Below, piece by piece: positions 40,931 through 50,716 of a stretch of 64,000 nt of DNA (positions within the stretch are counted from its first letter, which is position 1; each line of letters opens with the position of its first letter). The DNA is from a virus. The notes beneath the pieces were generated by a model. That model saw only the letters and a program-made list of their open reading frames with translations, had not been told where the DNA came from and searched no databases. The stretch lies in the IMG/VR virus record IMGVR_UViG_3300008740_000003, positions 25,497 through 89,496 of that record; one strand, given 5' to 3'. Both the position numbers and the translations under genes were made by a program.

Positions 40931-41706
40931 AACGATTAATTTTTCAAGTTGCTGTAGGTAAACAAAATATATTATATGAAATTTGTATTAAAAGTGTAGC
41001 AAATTATTGTAAAAAATTTAATATAGATCATATTATATTAAGGGAACCTAAATTGAGAATTAGACCAGATTTAAATAGAACGGGTCGTAGTAAAGAAGCA
41101 GTTGAACGATTAGGTTACCTTCCTATATTTGAAAAAGAAAATGCATTTGAATATTTAAAACCATACGATCAAGTATGTATAGTTGACAGTGACATATACA
41201 TTAAAGATACTGCACCTAATGTATTTGATGAACTACCACAACAATATGATTTTGGTGGTGTTGTGGAAAGAGAAATGCCTTTAACAAAAAAATATTTTAA
41301 CAAAATAAGAAAATATTCTAAAAATGCTTTTCAAAATTTAAAAGACGTTGAATGGGAATGGAACGATAATGGAGCAAAATTTATTAATATGGGTTTAATG
41401 TTAATGAACAAAAGTATGTTAAAATATCTTAATAATGAAACACCAAAACAATTTCTAACACGTCCAGAGTTTAAAGACTTTGTTGATGGAGTAGGTTTTT
41501 ATAAATGGTCAACGGATCAAATGTTATTAAATTGGTGGGTTAAAAAATCACAAATGAATACTAAATTTTTAGATTGGAAATGGAATGCTTTATATACAGC
41601 AGTACACGATTATAAATTAAAAGAAGCACACTTTGTACATTTCTTTTTAAAAGATTTATTACCTAACAAAGGAAACGAAATAGAAAGATTATTAAAATTA
41701 ATATGA
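40927..41706 (+). CDS. GT-A glycosyltransferase (GT8/GT34-like)
   Basis: VDSDIYI, FINMGLML, DQMLLN, WKWNAL, FVHF. Confidence 0.75.
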   Translation: MKRLIFQVAVGKQNILYEICIKSVANYCKKFNIDHIILREPKLRIRPDLNRTGRSKEAVERLGYLPIFEKENAFEYLKPYDQVCIVDSDIYIKDTAPNVFDELPQQYDFGGVVEREMPLTKKYFNKIRKYSKNAFQNLKDVEWEWNDNGAKFINMGLMLMNKSMLKYLNNETPKQFLTRPEFKDFVDGVGFYKWSTDQMLLNWWVKKSQMNTKFLDWKWNALYTAVHDYKLKEAHFVHFFLKDLLPNKGNEIERLLKLI

Positions 41707-42482
41707 TACACATAGTAAACAGAATAATGAGTACTAGAATTCCTAATCTACGTTATACAATGCCAGGATTTGGTGATGCAATACATACAATTCTTTTAGC
41801 TTACTTGTACGGTAAAGCACATAACGATCAAGTCACAATGCATTTAGACAAAGACAAATACAATAAAGATAAACCAGGAACCCTTGCTCAATGTATTTCT
41901 TTGTTTCCAAAAAATAAAATTTTTGTAGAAGGTCACGACAAGTGGTTTAAAGGAGATAAAGAATTTGTAGATTATATTACACAACTAAAAGGAAAATGTA
42001 TTGGACATTATTATAAAGATTTTCCTAATAGTCATAGAGTACAACAAGTAGTAGAACCTTTCTTTTGGGCTGACGATTATCTTAATGGCGGGTATCCATG
42101 TTTACCAGCAGATGATATGAGTCATGAAGTAAAAATACCTAAAAAATTTATAACTGTACAATGGGACGCAGGTTCTAAAAACAGAATGCTATCTAGTCAA
42201 CAAATTTCTGAAATACATGATTCTTTTAAAAAGAAAGGTTATGAAGTTCTTGTAGTTGGTGGACAAGCTCAAGGAAAATTAAGAAGATCATTAAAACATA
42301 TAGGGTATGCAATGGCAAATGCAGACTTTCATGTAGGTGTAGATAGTGGCTATATGCATTTAGCTCAACTATATTTTAAACCAGAAAACATCTACATATA
42401 TACTAATAAAAAAGGAAAATGGGAACATCATTTATTAAGATTTCATAAAAACGGTTCCAAAGTTAACGAAAAATTTGTATGA
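41703..42482 (+). CDS. GT9-like glycosyltransferase
   Basis: PGFGDAIH, ITVQWD, ADFHVGVDSGYMHLA. Confidence 0.7.
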   Translation: MIHIVNRIMSTRIPNLRYTMPGFGDAIHTILLAYLYGKAHNDQVTMHLDKDKYNKDKPGTLAQCISLFPKNKIFVEGHDKWFKGDKEFVDYITQLKGKCIGHYYKDFPNSHRVQQVVEPFFWADDYLNGGYPCLPADDMSHEVKIPKKFITVQWDAGSKNRMLSSQQISEIHDSFKKKGYEVLVVGGQAQGKLRRSLKHIGYAMANADFHVGVDSGYMHLAQLYFKPENIYIYTNKKGKWEHHLLRFHKNGSKVNEKFV

Positions 42483-42979
42483 GTATAGACACAATAAATC
42501 ATAATGGTAATTCTTTTTACAGATTACAAGCCGAAGGTTTTGCTTCAAAATTTGCATTTTCATTTGCAAAAGAACTTTGTAAAGGCGAAGGATTAGACAT
42601 TGGTTGTCATAAAAAGGAATGGGCTTTACCTGGAGCTACACCTATAGATAAAATATTTGGTGACGAATGGTATGCAGAAAATCTTCCAAACAAAAAATAT
42701 GATTATATTTTTTCTTCACATTGTTTAGAACATTTAGATGATTGGGTAGGAGCATTAGATTATTGGACTGAACATTTAAAAACAGGTGGAGTTATGTTTT
42801 TATATTTGCCTCATTATGAACAAACATATTGGCGACCTTGGAATAATAGAAAACATATTCATATACTAGATCCTAAATATTTAAGAGACTATTTCAAAGC
42901 AAGACCTTTTCATAACATATGTGTAACTGATGGATACGATTTAAATTATTCTTTTTACGCTATAGCGGAGAAAAAATAA
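42479..42979 (+). CDS. SAM-dependent methyltransferase (type 11)
   Basis: GLDIGC, YDYIFSSHCLEH, LKTGG..FLYLP. Confidence 0.85.
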   Translation: MSIDTINHNGNSFYRLQAEGFASKFAFSFAKELCKGEGLDIGCHKKEWALPGATPIDKIFGDEWYAENLPNKKYDYIFSSHCLEHLDDWVGALDYWTEHLKTGGVMFLYLPHYEQTYWRPWNNRKHIHILDPKYLRDYFKARPFHNICVTDGYDLNYSFYAIAEKK

Positions 42980-43551
42980 TGATGTTCGGTAAAAATCCAG
43001 GTACAGATAAAACCTGGATAAGAATTCCTAAAGATAGCATTGGTGCAGAATTAGGTGTATGGCGAGGAGATAGTTCTGTAAAATTTCTAAACAATGCAAA
43101 ACACATACATTTAGTAGATAGTTGGAGTACTATACCATATGAAAACTCTGATGAATTTGGTAATTACCAAGCCTATCTTGATAGATATTCTATACTTGTA
43201 AAGTCTAATAATCCAGAAGATTTTCAAAAATACTATGACAAAATTTATAATAGTGTTGTTGAAAGATTTAAAAATAGTCCTGTAACAATTTATCGTATGT
43301 CAACTAAAGAATGGTTTGAAAGTTTTAAAGAAAAATTAGATTGGATATATGTAGACGCTAGTCATAGCTTTGAAGGTTGTTATTATGATTTAATTAATGC
43401 TGTAAAATTTATTAAGCCAGGAGGAACTTTATTTGGTGATGATTATGGAGATAAAAAACCAAATGTAAAAAAAGCCGTAGATAAGTTTATTGCTGATACA
43501 GGTTATGAATTTAATAATTTTCATTTAGATCAATTTGAGGTAAAGATATAA
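42979..43551 (+). CDS. SAM-dependent methyltransferase (Methyltransf_24-like)
   Basis: GAELGVWRG, LVDSW, LDWIYVDASHS, KPGG...GDDY. Confidence 0.85.
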   Translation: MMFGKNPGTDKTWIRIPKDSIGAELGVWRGDSSVKFLNNAKHIHLVDSWSTIPYENSDEFGNYQAYLDRYSILVKSNNPEDFQKYYDKIYNSVVERFKNSPVTIYRMSTKEWFESFKEKLDWIYVDASHSFEGCYYDLINAVKFIKPGGTLFGDDYGDKKPNVKKAVDKFIADTGYEFNNFHLDQFEVKI

Positions 43552-44096
43552 TGCACCCTACGTCAATGGAAAATATGCGTTTAGCAAAAACAAAAATACC
43601 TGATCTAGGAAATAATATAACAATAGTAGATGTAGGTGGTAGAGGAACAAAACAAATACCTGTTAGATCTTATCAAAAAGTTTTTAAAGACGTATACAAA
43701 CATTATTACGTTGCTGACATCAATGAAGGTCCTGGTGTTACTCACATTATGCCAGAACAATACAAATTACCATTTGCAGATAATTCAATAGATTTAGTAG
43801 TATCTGGGCAAACATTAGAACACGTAAGGAACCCTTTTAAAATGATGACTGAAATAAAAAGAATTATAAAACCAAATAGATATATGATAATAATAGCACC
43901 AAGCACAGGACCAAATCATGATGATATAGATTGTTGGCGTTTCATGGCTAACAGTTTTGAATCAATAGCTCAGGAATGTAATATTAAATTTATTGAATCT
44001 TGGATAACAAATGATGCTGTTTGTGATAAAAAAAGTTATAGATTTGAAAGTAGACGAAATATTTGGTCAGATCATACATTCATAGGACAAAAATAA
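43551..44096 (+). CDS. SAM-dependent methyltransferase (type 11)
   Basis: VDVGG, LPFADNSIDLVVSGQTLEHV, DCWRF. Confidence 0.85.
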   Translation: MHPTSMENMRLAKTKIPDLGNNITIVDVGGRGTKQIPVRSYQKVFKDVYKHYYVADINEGPGVTHIMPEQYKLPFADNSIDLVVSGQTLEHVRNPFKMMTEIKRIIKPNRYMIIIAPSTGPNHDDIDCWRFMANSFESIAQECNIKFIESWITNDAVCDKKSYRFESRRNIWSDHTFIGQK

Positions 44097-44797
44097 TGAT
44101 AATGTCAAACAAAGATGCGGCGGAATGGCAAAAACAATTAGACAAATTACAAATGTCTACTTTAAATGAATTGTTTTTAAAACATAAATGCCTTAAAGGT
44201 ATAGACCTAAAATATGATGAAATTTATGAAGCTGACTTTAAAAAATTAAGAAATGAACCAATTAATATATTAGAAATAGGTGTAGATCAAGGACGAAGTA
44301 TAGCTGTTTGGTTAGATTATTTTCCTAATGCTAAAATTTATGCTATAGATATTTTTACAAGAATGCATGAATCTCGTATTAAATCTCTTAAAGACAACAG
44401 AGTACAATATTTAAAAATAGACAGCACTCACCCAGATGTACACAATCAAGTTGCACAATGGAAAACTGAATTTGATATTGTAATAGATGATGGTAGACAT
44501 ACTCCCGAAGCAAATGCATTAACATTTAAAAGCATTGCTCCTTTTTTAAAACCAAATGGCATATATTACATAGAAGATATTTGGCCTATAGATCAAATGA
44601 CTAAACCAGATCTTAAAAATTTAGGATTTGATTTTAAAAAACAAATAGCTTGGGCTCAAAAATATCGTAAAAATGAATTTACAAAAGGGAAATGGACAAT
44701 GTTTATTAATACTCTTAAAGGATATAAAATTGAAAAATTTGATCATAGAAAAAGATGTAAACTATTAGATAGTTACATTTATAAAATTACAAAATGA
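44096..44797 (+). CDS. Sugar O-methyltransferase-like (MycE-type) SAM methyltransferase
   Basis: ILEIGV..G.S...W..YFPNA.IY.ID, FDIVIDDGRH, LKPNGIY.IED; start moved to the coupled ATG 44096. Confidence 0.8.
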   Translation: MIMSNKDAAEWQKQLDKLQMSTLNELFLKHKCLKGIDLKYDEIYEADFKKLRNEPINILEIGVDQGRSIAVWLDYFPNAKIYAIDIFTRMHESRIKSLKDNRVQYLKIDSTHPDVHNQVAQWKTEFDIVIDDGRHTPEANALTFKSIAPFLKPNGIYYIEDIWPIDQMTKPDLKNLGFDFKKQIAWAQKYRKNEFTKGKWTMFINTLKGYKIEKFDHRKRCKLLDSYIYKITK

Positions 44798-45462
44798 AAG
44801 CATTTATAATAACAATTTTAGATAATGAAAGTAGTATTGCCTACAGCAATAATGTTATTAAATCAATAAAAGAAACAAATTCTGATTTAGAACCTATTGT
44901 TTATCCTGCTGTTACTCCTGCAACAATGTGGAAAATTGATTGGACATGGCCCTGGCACAAAAAGAAAATTTGTGAAAAAACAAAATTATTATTAAAGCCG
45001 TACAAAACATATGATATGAATAAAAGAATTGCCGCGGCAGGAAGTCATTATAACTTATGGAAAAAATGTGTTGAATTAAATGAACCAATAATAGTTTGTG
45101 AACACGATGCATACTTTACTAGAAAATTTACACCCTTTGATTTTGAAGGAGGTTGTTTAGGATTAAATGATCCTGCAAAAGCTACACCAAAAGCAGAACT
45201 TTTCCATGAGACATTAAAAAATTTAGGAGAAGGAGTACACGATGCACCTTGGGTAATGAAGAAAGAAATACCACAAGGAATGGCGGGCAATAGTACATTT
45301 ATTATAAAACCTTGGGCCGCAAAAGAAATAATTAAAGCACAAGATGAAATTGGTTGGTGGCCAAATGATGCCATAACTTGCAAACAACTTTTTCCATGGA
45401 TTAAAGTTGTATATCCATACTACACTAGAGTACAAAACATCAAATCAACTACATCATTATAA
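44794..45462 (+). CDS. GT25-like glycosyltransferase
   Basis: KAFIIT, AAAGSHY.LW, IVCEHDA, IIKP.AA, PND. Confidence 0.75.
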   Translation: MKAFIITILDNESSIAYSNNVIKSIKETNSDLEPIVYPAVTPATMWKIDWTWPWHKKKICEKTKLLLKPYKTYDMNKRIAAAGSHYNLWKKCVELNEPIIVCEHDAYFTRKFTPFDFEGGCLGLNDPAKATPKAELFHETLKNLGEGVHDAPWVMKKEIPQGMAGNSTFIIKPWAAKEIIKAQDEIGWWPNDAITCKQLFPWIKVVYPYYTRVQNIKSTTSL

Positions 45463-45489
45463 AATTGGTTAATAAATATTGGTAGTCCA

Positions 45490-46206
45490 ATGAAAATATT
45501 AATAACAGGTAATAAAGGTTTTATAGGTTCAGAACTTTCTAAAAGATTGGAAGAAAAAAATCATAAAATTTTTGGTATAGACATTAAAGACGGAAAAAAT
45601 ATATTTACGGCAGAATTACCAGAAGTAGATTTAGTAATTCATTTAGCCGCTATAGGAGGAGTACGTGAATCAATGTCTGATCCTAAAAAATACTGGGATA
45701 TGAACGTAGAAGGAACTAGAAAAATTTTAGAACATTATCAAAAAACAAGAGTGTTATATGCAGGTTCAAGTTCACAATATGAACCACATTTAAATCCATA
45801 TGCCGCTACAAAAAATGTAATTGAATACATACCTCATCCTAATTCAGTATGTATGAGATTTCATACAGTTTATTCTAAAACACCTAGATTTAATATGTTC
45901 TTTGACAAATTATTAAATGGAAAATTAGAATATGTTACCAATCATAAAAGAGATTTTATTCATGTAGAAGATTTGTGTAGTGCAATATTATGTATTATAG
46001 ACAATCCATTTTTTAAAGGACCTCTTGATATAGGCACTGGACAAAATATTAGAATAAGAGATATAGCACCTAATTTACCTGTAAAAGAAATAACATTGGG
46101 AGAACGTGAAGAAACTTTAGCTGACCTTACTAAAATAAAATCTTTAGGATGGGAACCTAAATGGACAGTACAAAAATTTTTAAGCGAGGAGGGATTTGAT
46201 TTATGA
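45490..46206 (+). CDS. NAD-dependent epimerase/dehydratase
   Basis: ITGNKGFIG, HLAA, YAGSSS, PYAATK, RFHTVY, RDFIHVED. Confidence 0.88.
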   Translation: MKILITGNKGFIGSELSKRLEEKNHKIFGIDIKDGKNIFTAELPEVDLVIHLAAIGGVRESMSDPKKYWDMNVEGTRKILEHYQKTRVLYAGSSSQYEPHLNPYAATKNVIEYIPHPNSVCMRFHTVYSKTPRFNMFFDKLLNGKLEYVTNHKRDFIHVEDLCSAILCIIDNPFFKGPLDIGTGQNIRIRDIAPNLPVKEITLGEREETLADLTKIKSLGWEPKWTVQKFLSEEGFDL

Positions 46207-46574
46207 AGCAAGGAAAAATTTGGGGACAAACAGAATTAATACACGCAAATGGTGTATTAGAATTCCATAGAATAGATTTTAAGAAAAATGTACAATGCTC
46301 TAAACATAAACACAAATATAAATGGAATGGCTTCTATGTTGTTTCAGGTAAGTTAATGGTAAAAGTTTGGAAAACTGACCAAGGATTAATAGATGAAACA
46401 ATACTTAAAGCAGGAGATTGGACAAGAATTAAACCTGGAGAATATCATCAATTTATAGGATTACAAGATGGTGTTGCTTTTGAATTATATTGGGCACAAT
46501 TTGATCATGATGATATAGAAAGAGCAAACGCCGGTCAACGGGTTAATGAAGATATAGACAGAACAAATGATTAA
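46203..46574 (+). CDS. Cupin
   Basis: GKIWG.T, CSKHKH..KWNGF.V.SG, PGEYHQF. Confidence 0.75.
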   Translation: MKQGKIWGQTELIHANGVLEFHRIDFKKNVQCSKHKHKYKWNGFYVVSGKLMVKVWKTDQGLIDETILKAGDWTRIKPGEYHQFIGLQDGVAFELYWAQFDHDDIERANAGQRVNEDIDRTND

Positions 46575-47244
46575 CATTTTTATAGGATATGATAGCAAAG
46601 AAACAGTAGCGTTCAATATACTATCGTATAGTATATTAAAAAATAGTACTAGACCTGTTGCTATTACTCCAGTTAACTTACAAAATATAAAAGATAATTT
46701 TACTAGAGAACGAAGTAATATAGAATCTACAGAATTTAGTTTTAGTAGATTTATTGTTCCTCACTTAATGAATTATAAAGGGTGGGCTTTGTTTATGGAT
46801 TGTGATCAATTAATGTTAGCAGATGTGGCAGAGCTATGGAGATTAAGAGATGAAAGATATGCTGTACAAGTATGCAAACACGATTATATACCAAGAGCTG
46901 ATAAGAAATTTTTAGGACAAGTACAAACAAAATACGAAAAGAAAAATTGGTCAAGTTTTATGTTAATGAATTGTGATAAGTGTACAGCACTAACACCTGA
47001 CTATGTTAATACTGCTACAGGATTACAATTACACCAATTTAAATGGTTAGCAGATGAAAATCTAATAGGTGATTTGCCTTTAGAATGGAATTGGTTAGCT
47101 GGAGAATATCCACGAAAAGATAATGTTAAAAATGTACATTATACTGAAGGCGGACCTTGGTATGTAGATTATTTGCAATCTGATTATGCAAATGAATGGC
47201 AACAATATTTTGACGAAGCCACTAAAAGGAATATGAACAAATAA
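46567..47244 (+). CDS. GT-A glycosyltransferase (GT8-like)
   Basis: IFIGYD..E, STEFSFSRF.VP, FMDCD, KNWSS, EWNWL, HYTEGGPW. Confidence 0.85.
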   Translation: MINIFIGYDSKETVAFNILSYSILKNSTRPVAITPVNLQNIKDNFTRERSNIESTEFSFSRFIVPHLMNYKGWALFMDCDQLMLADVAELWRLRDERYAVQVCKHDYIPRADKKFLGQVQTKYEKKNWSSFMLMNCDKCTALTPDYVNTATGLQLHQFKWLADENLIGDLPLEWNWLAGEYPRKDNVKNVHYTEGGPWYVDYLQSDYANEWQQYFDEATKRNMNK

Positions 47245-47245
47245 T

Positions 47246-48070
47246 ATGAATAAATGGTATGCTGTAGATCATGATGATGCAATCCTAAAAAATTGGATGG
47301 CAGGAATCAAACAAGTGACAGGTCATCCAGATCCTAGTGAATATGACCATTGGGATAATATTAAATTAACACCTACGACTAATTCTATATCTGTTAGAGG
47401 AATGACAAATCATAAAATTATTCACGAGTGTTGGAGAACTAAAAGACCTTTTTATTATGTTGATACAGGATACATAGGTAATAATCAAAAAAGAAAAGAA
47501 TGGCATAGAGTAATTCGTAACAATGTACAACATCAAAAACTTGTAGATGTTCCTGCTAATAGGTTAGTATCACTACAACAATCTTTTCCAGAACTTAAAT
47601 GGAAAGGTTGGAGAAAAGATGGTGGAGCAATATTACTTGTAACACCTAGTCCTAAACCTTGTAGATTTTATAATGTAGATAGAGATACATGGGTAGAAGA
47701 CACTATTGCAACTTTAAAAAAATATACTGATAGAGAAATTATTGTTAGAGATAAAGTAGAAAGACGTAAAAGAGTTGGAGTAGGTCATATATTTTCTCAA
47801 ATAAAAAATGACAACATTTATGCTTTAGTAACATATCAATCTATAGGAGCAATAGAAGGAATAATTGCAGGAGTTCCAGCATTTACAGGAGCACCTACAG
47901 CCGCTGATCCAGTTAGCAATCATGACCTAGCAAATATTGAAAATCCAAAGTATTCAGATGAAGAAGAAATTTGGAAATGGCAAAAATGGTTAGCGTACTG
48001 TCAATATACTTCTGGAGAATTATCAAACGGCAATGCATTAAGAATTTTACAAGAAATGGAGTTAGAATAA
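47246..48070 (+). CDS. Capsule-synthesis (KpsS/KpsC-like) GT-B protein
   Basis: YVDTGY, W...G..IL, YTDREIIVR.K, VTYQS..AIE...G.P, WL..CQ.T..E..G.A. Confidence 0.55.
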   Translation: MNKWYAVDHDDAILKNWMAGIKQVTGHPDPSEYDHWDNIKLTPTTNSISVRGMTNHKIIHECWRTKRPFYYVDTGYIGNNQKRKEWHRVIRNNVQHQKLVDVPANRLVSLQQSFPELKWKGWRKDGGAILLVTPSPKPCRFYNVDRDTWVEDTIATLKKYTDREIIVRDKVERRKRVGVGHIFSQIKNDNIYALVTYQSIGAIEGIIAGVPAFTGAPTAADPVSNHDLANIENPKYSDEEEIWKWQKWLAYCQYTSGELSNGNALRILQEMELE

Positions 48071-49020
48071 TGAAAAGAGTAGTTGCATATATGAAAGTTA
48101 TTCCACCAGGAAACAAAAGTCCACAAAAGCCTTTAATTATAAAAAATTTTATAGAAGGTGTTAACGCAAGTGGAGATCAAGGATTAGTTTCTAATGGTTG
48201 GTCAATTATAGATGCAGATGTATCTGTTATTCAAGGCTATGTACATAAAAATTCAAAACAAACACGTCATTTACTTTTAAGAAAAAATGTTCATGAAAAT
48301 CAAATTAAAAAAGGAAAAAGATGTTTAATTGTTGACAGTAGTTTATTTTTATGGGCAGATCCTAAACAAGAAAAAACATATTTAAGATATGGCTTTGACG
48401 GAATATTTCCTAATACAGCAGAATATTGTAATAAAGAACCAGACCCTAATAGATGGGAAATAATTAAAAAGAATCTTAATGTAGACCTTAAACCTTGGAG
48501 AACTACAAGTAGAGATGGCTTTATATTAATTTGTTGTCAGAGAGATGGTGGATGGAGTATGGAAGGTATGCCTGTTATGAATTGGTTAAGAGACGTTATG
48601 ACTAAAATTAGAACGTATACTGATAGACGTGTTAAGATTAGATTCCACCCAGGTGATAAAAATACAGCAAAACACCAAGCAATGATTAGAGAATGGATAA
48701 AAGCACGAAACGTACAATTCCAAGGAGTAGAAGTTAGTTGGTCAAAAGATATTAGAGATGAGTATGCAGGAGCATATGCAGTTGTTGGACATAATTCAAG
48801 TCCTACTGTATCTAGTGTAATTGAAGGAATACCTACTTTTATAACTGATCCTGAACGAGCTCAATCGGCTCCAGTAACACATCATTCATTTGCAGAAATA
48901 GAAAAACCTAGAGATTTTGATAGAGAATTATGGGTTCGACAAATGGCGCAAGTACATTGGACGTTAGATGAATTAAAAGATGGTACTGCTTGGAAACATT
49001 TGAGAAAGTGGGTTAAATGA
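48070..49020 (+). CDS. Capsule-synthesis (KpsS/KpsC-like) GT-B protein
   Basis: LKPWR, ILICCQ, IRFHP, VVGHNSSP.V...IEGIP, WT.DE..G.AW; start moved to coupled ATG 48070. Confidence 0.6.
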   Translation: MKRVVAYMKVIPPGNKSPQKPLIIKNFIEGVNASGDQGLVSNGWSIIDADVSVIQGYVHKNSKQTRHLLLRKNVHENQIKKGKRCLIVDSSLFLWADPKQEKTYLRYGFDGIFPNTAEYCNKEPDPNRWEIIKKNLNVDLKPWRTTSRDGFILICCQRDGGWSMEGMPVMNWLRDVMTKIRTYTDRRVKIRFHPGDKNTAKHQAMIREWIKARNVQFQGVEVSWSKDIRDEYAGAYAVVGHNSSPTVSSVIEGIPTFITDPERAQSAPVTHHSFAEIEKPRDFDRELWVRQMAQVHWTLDELKDGTAWKHLRKWVK

Positions 49021-49856
49021 AAAACTACAAAGTAGTAACTACCTTTCATCAAAAAGGAATGGATTTGTATGGGCAAAGATTTATAGATTCTTTTAATAAA
49101 AATGTAGATAAAAGTATACGACTAGAAGTATTTGCAGAAAATTGTAATCCACAAGGAGATGAAAGAACTACAATTCATAATAGTAACGTTATTACTAAAC
49201 TAACAGCTTTTAAAAATAAATGGAAAGATGTTCCTAAAGCAAATGGTATATGTCCTTTTCCTGAAAAGCGTCCACGAGATCATCATAAAAAATTTAAATG
49301 GGACGCAATAAGATTTGCAAATAAAGTTTATTCTGTATTACATAGTGCAGAAGATGAAAACACAGATTGGTTAATATGGATGGACGCTGATGTTGTTGTA
49401 CATAGTCAATGGCCACTTCAAGACTTTACAAAATTATTTCCTGATACAAGATGGTTAACATTTGTTGGAAGAGGAAGAGGAGCTCAAACATGGCCCGAGT
49501 GTGGATTTTATGGAATGAATTTAAAACATCCTTCTTGTAAAAAGTTTTTAAAAGATTTTGAACGTGTATATGAAGATGCCGAAAAAGGTATATTTTTATT
49601 ATCTGAATGGCACGACTCATATGTGTTTGGACAGTTATTAAAAAGTGCAAGACTGCAAGATGCAGATGTACTAGATTATAGCGAAAACATATACAATAGG
49701 ACCGCAAAGACGGGCGGAGGCGGGCATCCTTTCATCAACTGCGTACTAGGTACCTGGCTAGATCATTTAAAAGGAGATTCTCGAAAACAAAAAGGAACTA
49801 GCCTAAAAACAGATTTAATGATAGGTCGTAATGAAGAATATTGGAAAAATATATGA
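49017..49856 (+). CDS. GT-A glycosyltransferase
   Basis: DAIRFANKV, LIWMDAD, ECGF, EWHDSYVF, DHLKG.RK. Confidence 0.7.
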   Translation: MKNYKVVTTFHQKGMDLYGQRFIDSFNKNVDKSIRLEVFAENCNPQGDERTTIHNSNVITKLTAFKNKWKDVPKANGICPFPEKRPRDHHKKFKWDAIRFANKVYSVLHSAEDENTDWLIWMDADVVVHSQWPLQDFTKLFPDTRWLTFVGRGRGAQTWPECGFYGMNLKHPSCKKFLKDFERVYEDAEKGIFLLSEWHDSYVFGQLLKSARLQDADVLDYSENIYNRTAKTGGGGHPFINCVLGTWLDHLKGDSRKQKGTSLKTDLMIGRNEEYWKNI

Positions 49857-50692
49857 AATTTAGTGTGTTTACAGATTTTGGTTCTTTAAATAGTGTTCCA
49901 GTTTTTAATGCAGTAATAAAAGGTTTATTAAAATTAGAACATGAAGTAGTTGTAAACTCTTTAGATGCCGATGTGGCTGTTATATGGTCATTACTATGGC
50001 ACGGAAGAATGGAACCTAATAAAAGAATATGGCAAGAATTTCATCGACAAAATAAAAAAGTATTAGTAATAGAAGTAGGAAATATTAAAAGAAATATTAC
50101 TTGGAAAGTTGGCATTAATGGAATAAATCGAAAAGCCGACTTTGGTCAAATGGGTAATGGTCCTGACAGAGCAAATAAATTTAATTTAAAATATAGTCCC
50201 TGGAGGACTGCAGGTGATCATATATTAATATGTTCTCAACATGACAAAAGTGAACAATGGAAAGATATGCCACCATTAAATCAGTATTTGCATGAAACCA
50301 TTGATAAAATTAGAGAACATTCAAAAAGAAAAATAATAATAAGAACTCATCCTAGATGTCCTGTACAATTAAATTTAAAACACGAAAGTCAAGTAGGAAT
50401 GCAAGTACCTAAACAAATTAAAGACAGTTATGATGACTTCGACTTTGATCTAACAAATTGTTGGGCAGTAGTTAGTGAAAGTAGTAACCCAGGTATTACA
50501 GCAGTTCTTAATGGAATACCTGCATTTGTAGGTAAAGACAGTCTTGCATATGACGTAGGAAATACTGATTTCTCCCACATAGAAGACCCAAAAATGCCCG
50601 ACAGGCAACAATGGCTCCAAGATTATGCATATACAGAGTGGACTACAGAAGAAATAGCGGAAGGATTACCATTTTCTAGATTGACTTTTTGA
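49853..50692 (+). CDS. Capsule-synthesis (KpsS/KpsC-like) GT-B protein
   Basis: PWR..G.HILICSQ, IRTHPR, VVSESSNP...AVLNGIP, W.TEEI..G.P; start moved to 49853. Confidence 0.6.
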   Translation: MKFSVFTDFGSLNSVPVFNAVIKGLLKLEHEVVVNSLDADVAVIWSLLWHGRMEPNKRIWQEFHRQNKKVLVIEVGNIKRNITWKVGINGINRKADFGQMGNGPDRANKFNLKYSPWRTAGDHILICSQHDKSEQWKDMPPLNQYLHETIDKIREHSKRKIIIRTHPRCPVQLNLKHESQVGMQVPKQIKDSYDDFDFDLTNCWAVVSESSNPGITAVLNGIPAFVGKDSLAYDVGNTDFSHIEDPKMPDRQQWLQDYAYTEWTTEEIAEGLPFSRLTF

Positions 50693-50709
50693 TAATACCA
50701 AAGTATAAT
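50681..50709 (+). promoter_or_regulatory. Sigma70-type promoter
   Basis: TTGACT-17-TATAAT; ATG 50717 is 7 nt downstream. Confidence 0.8.
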
Positions 50710-50716
50710 ATAAGGT

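Noticed and set aside
39504-50692. Bacterial LPS/capsule locus (host contamination or prophage boundary)
   Set aside because: It has the same composition, GCWGC avoidance and TAAATA boxes as the phage genes, is flanked by uvsY and uvsW, and has no transport genes.
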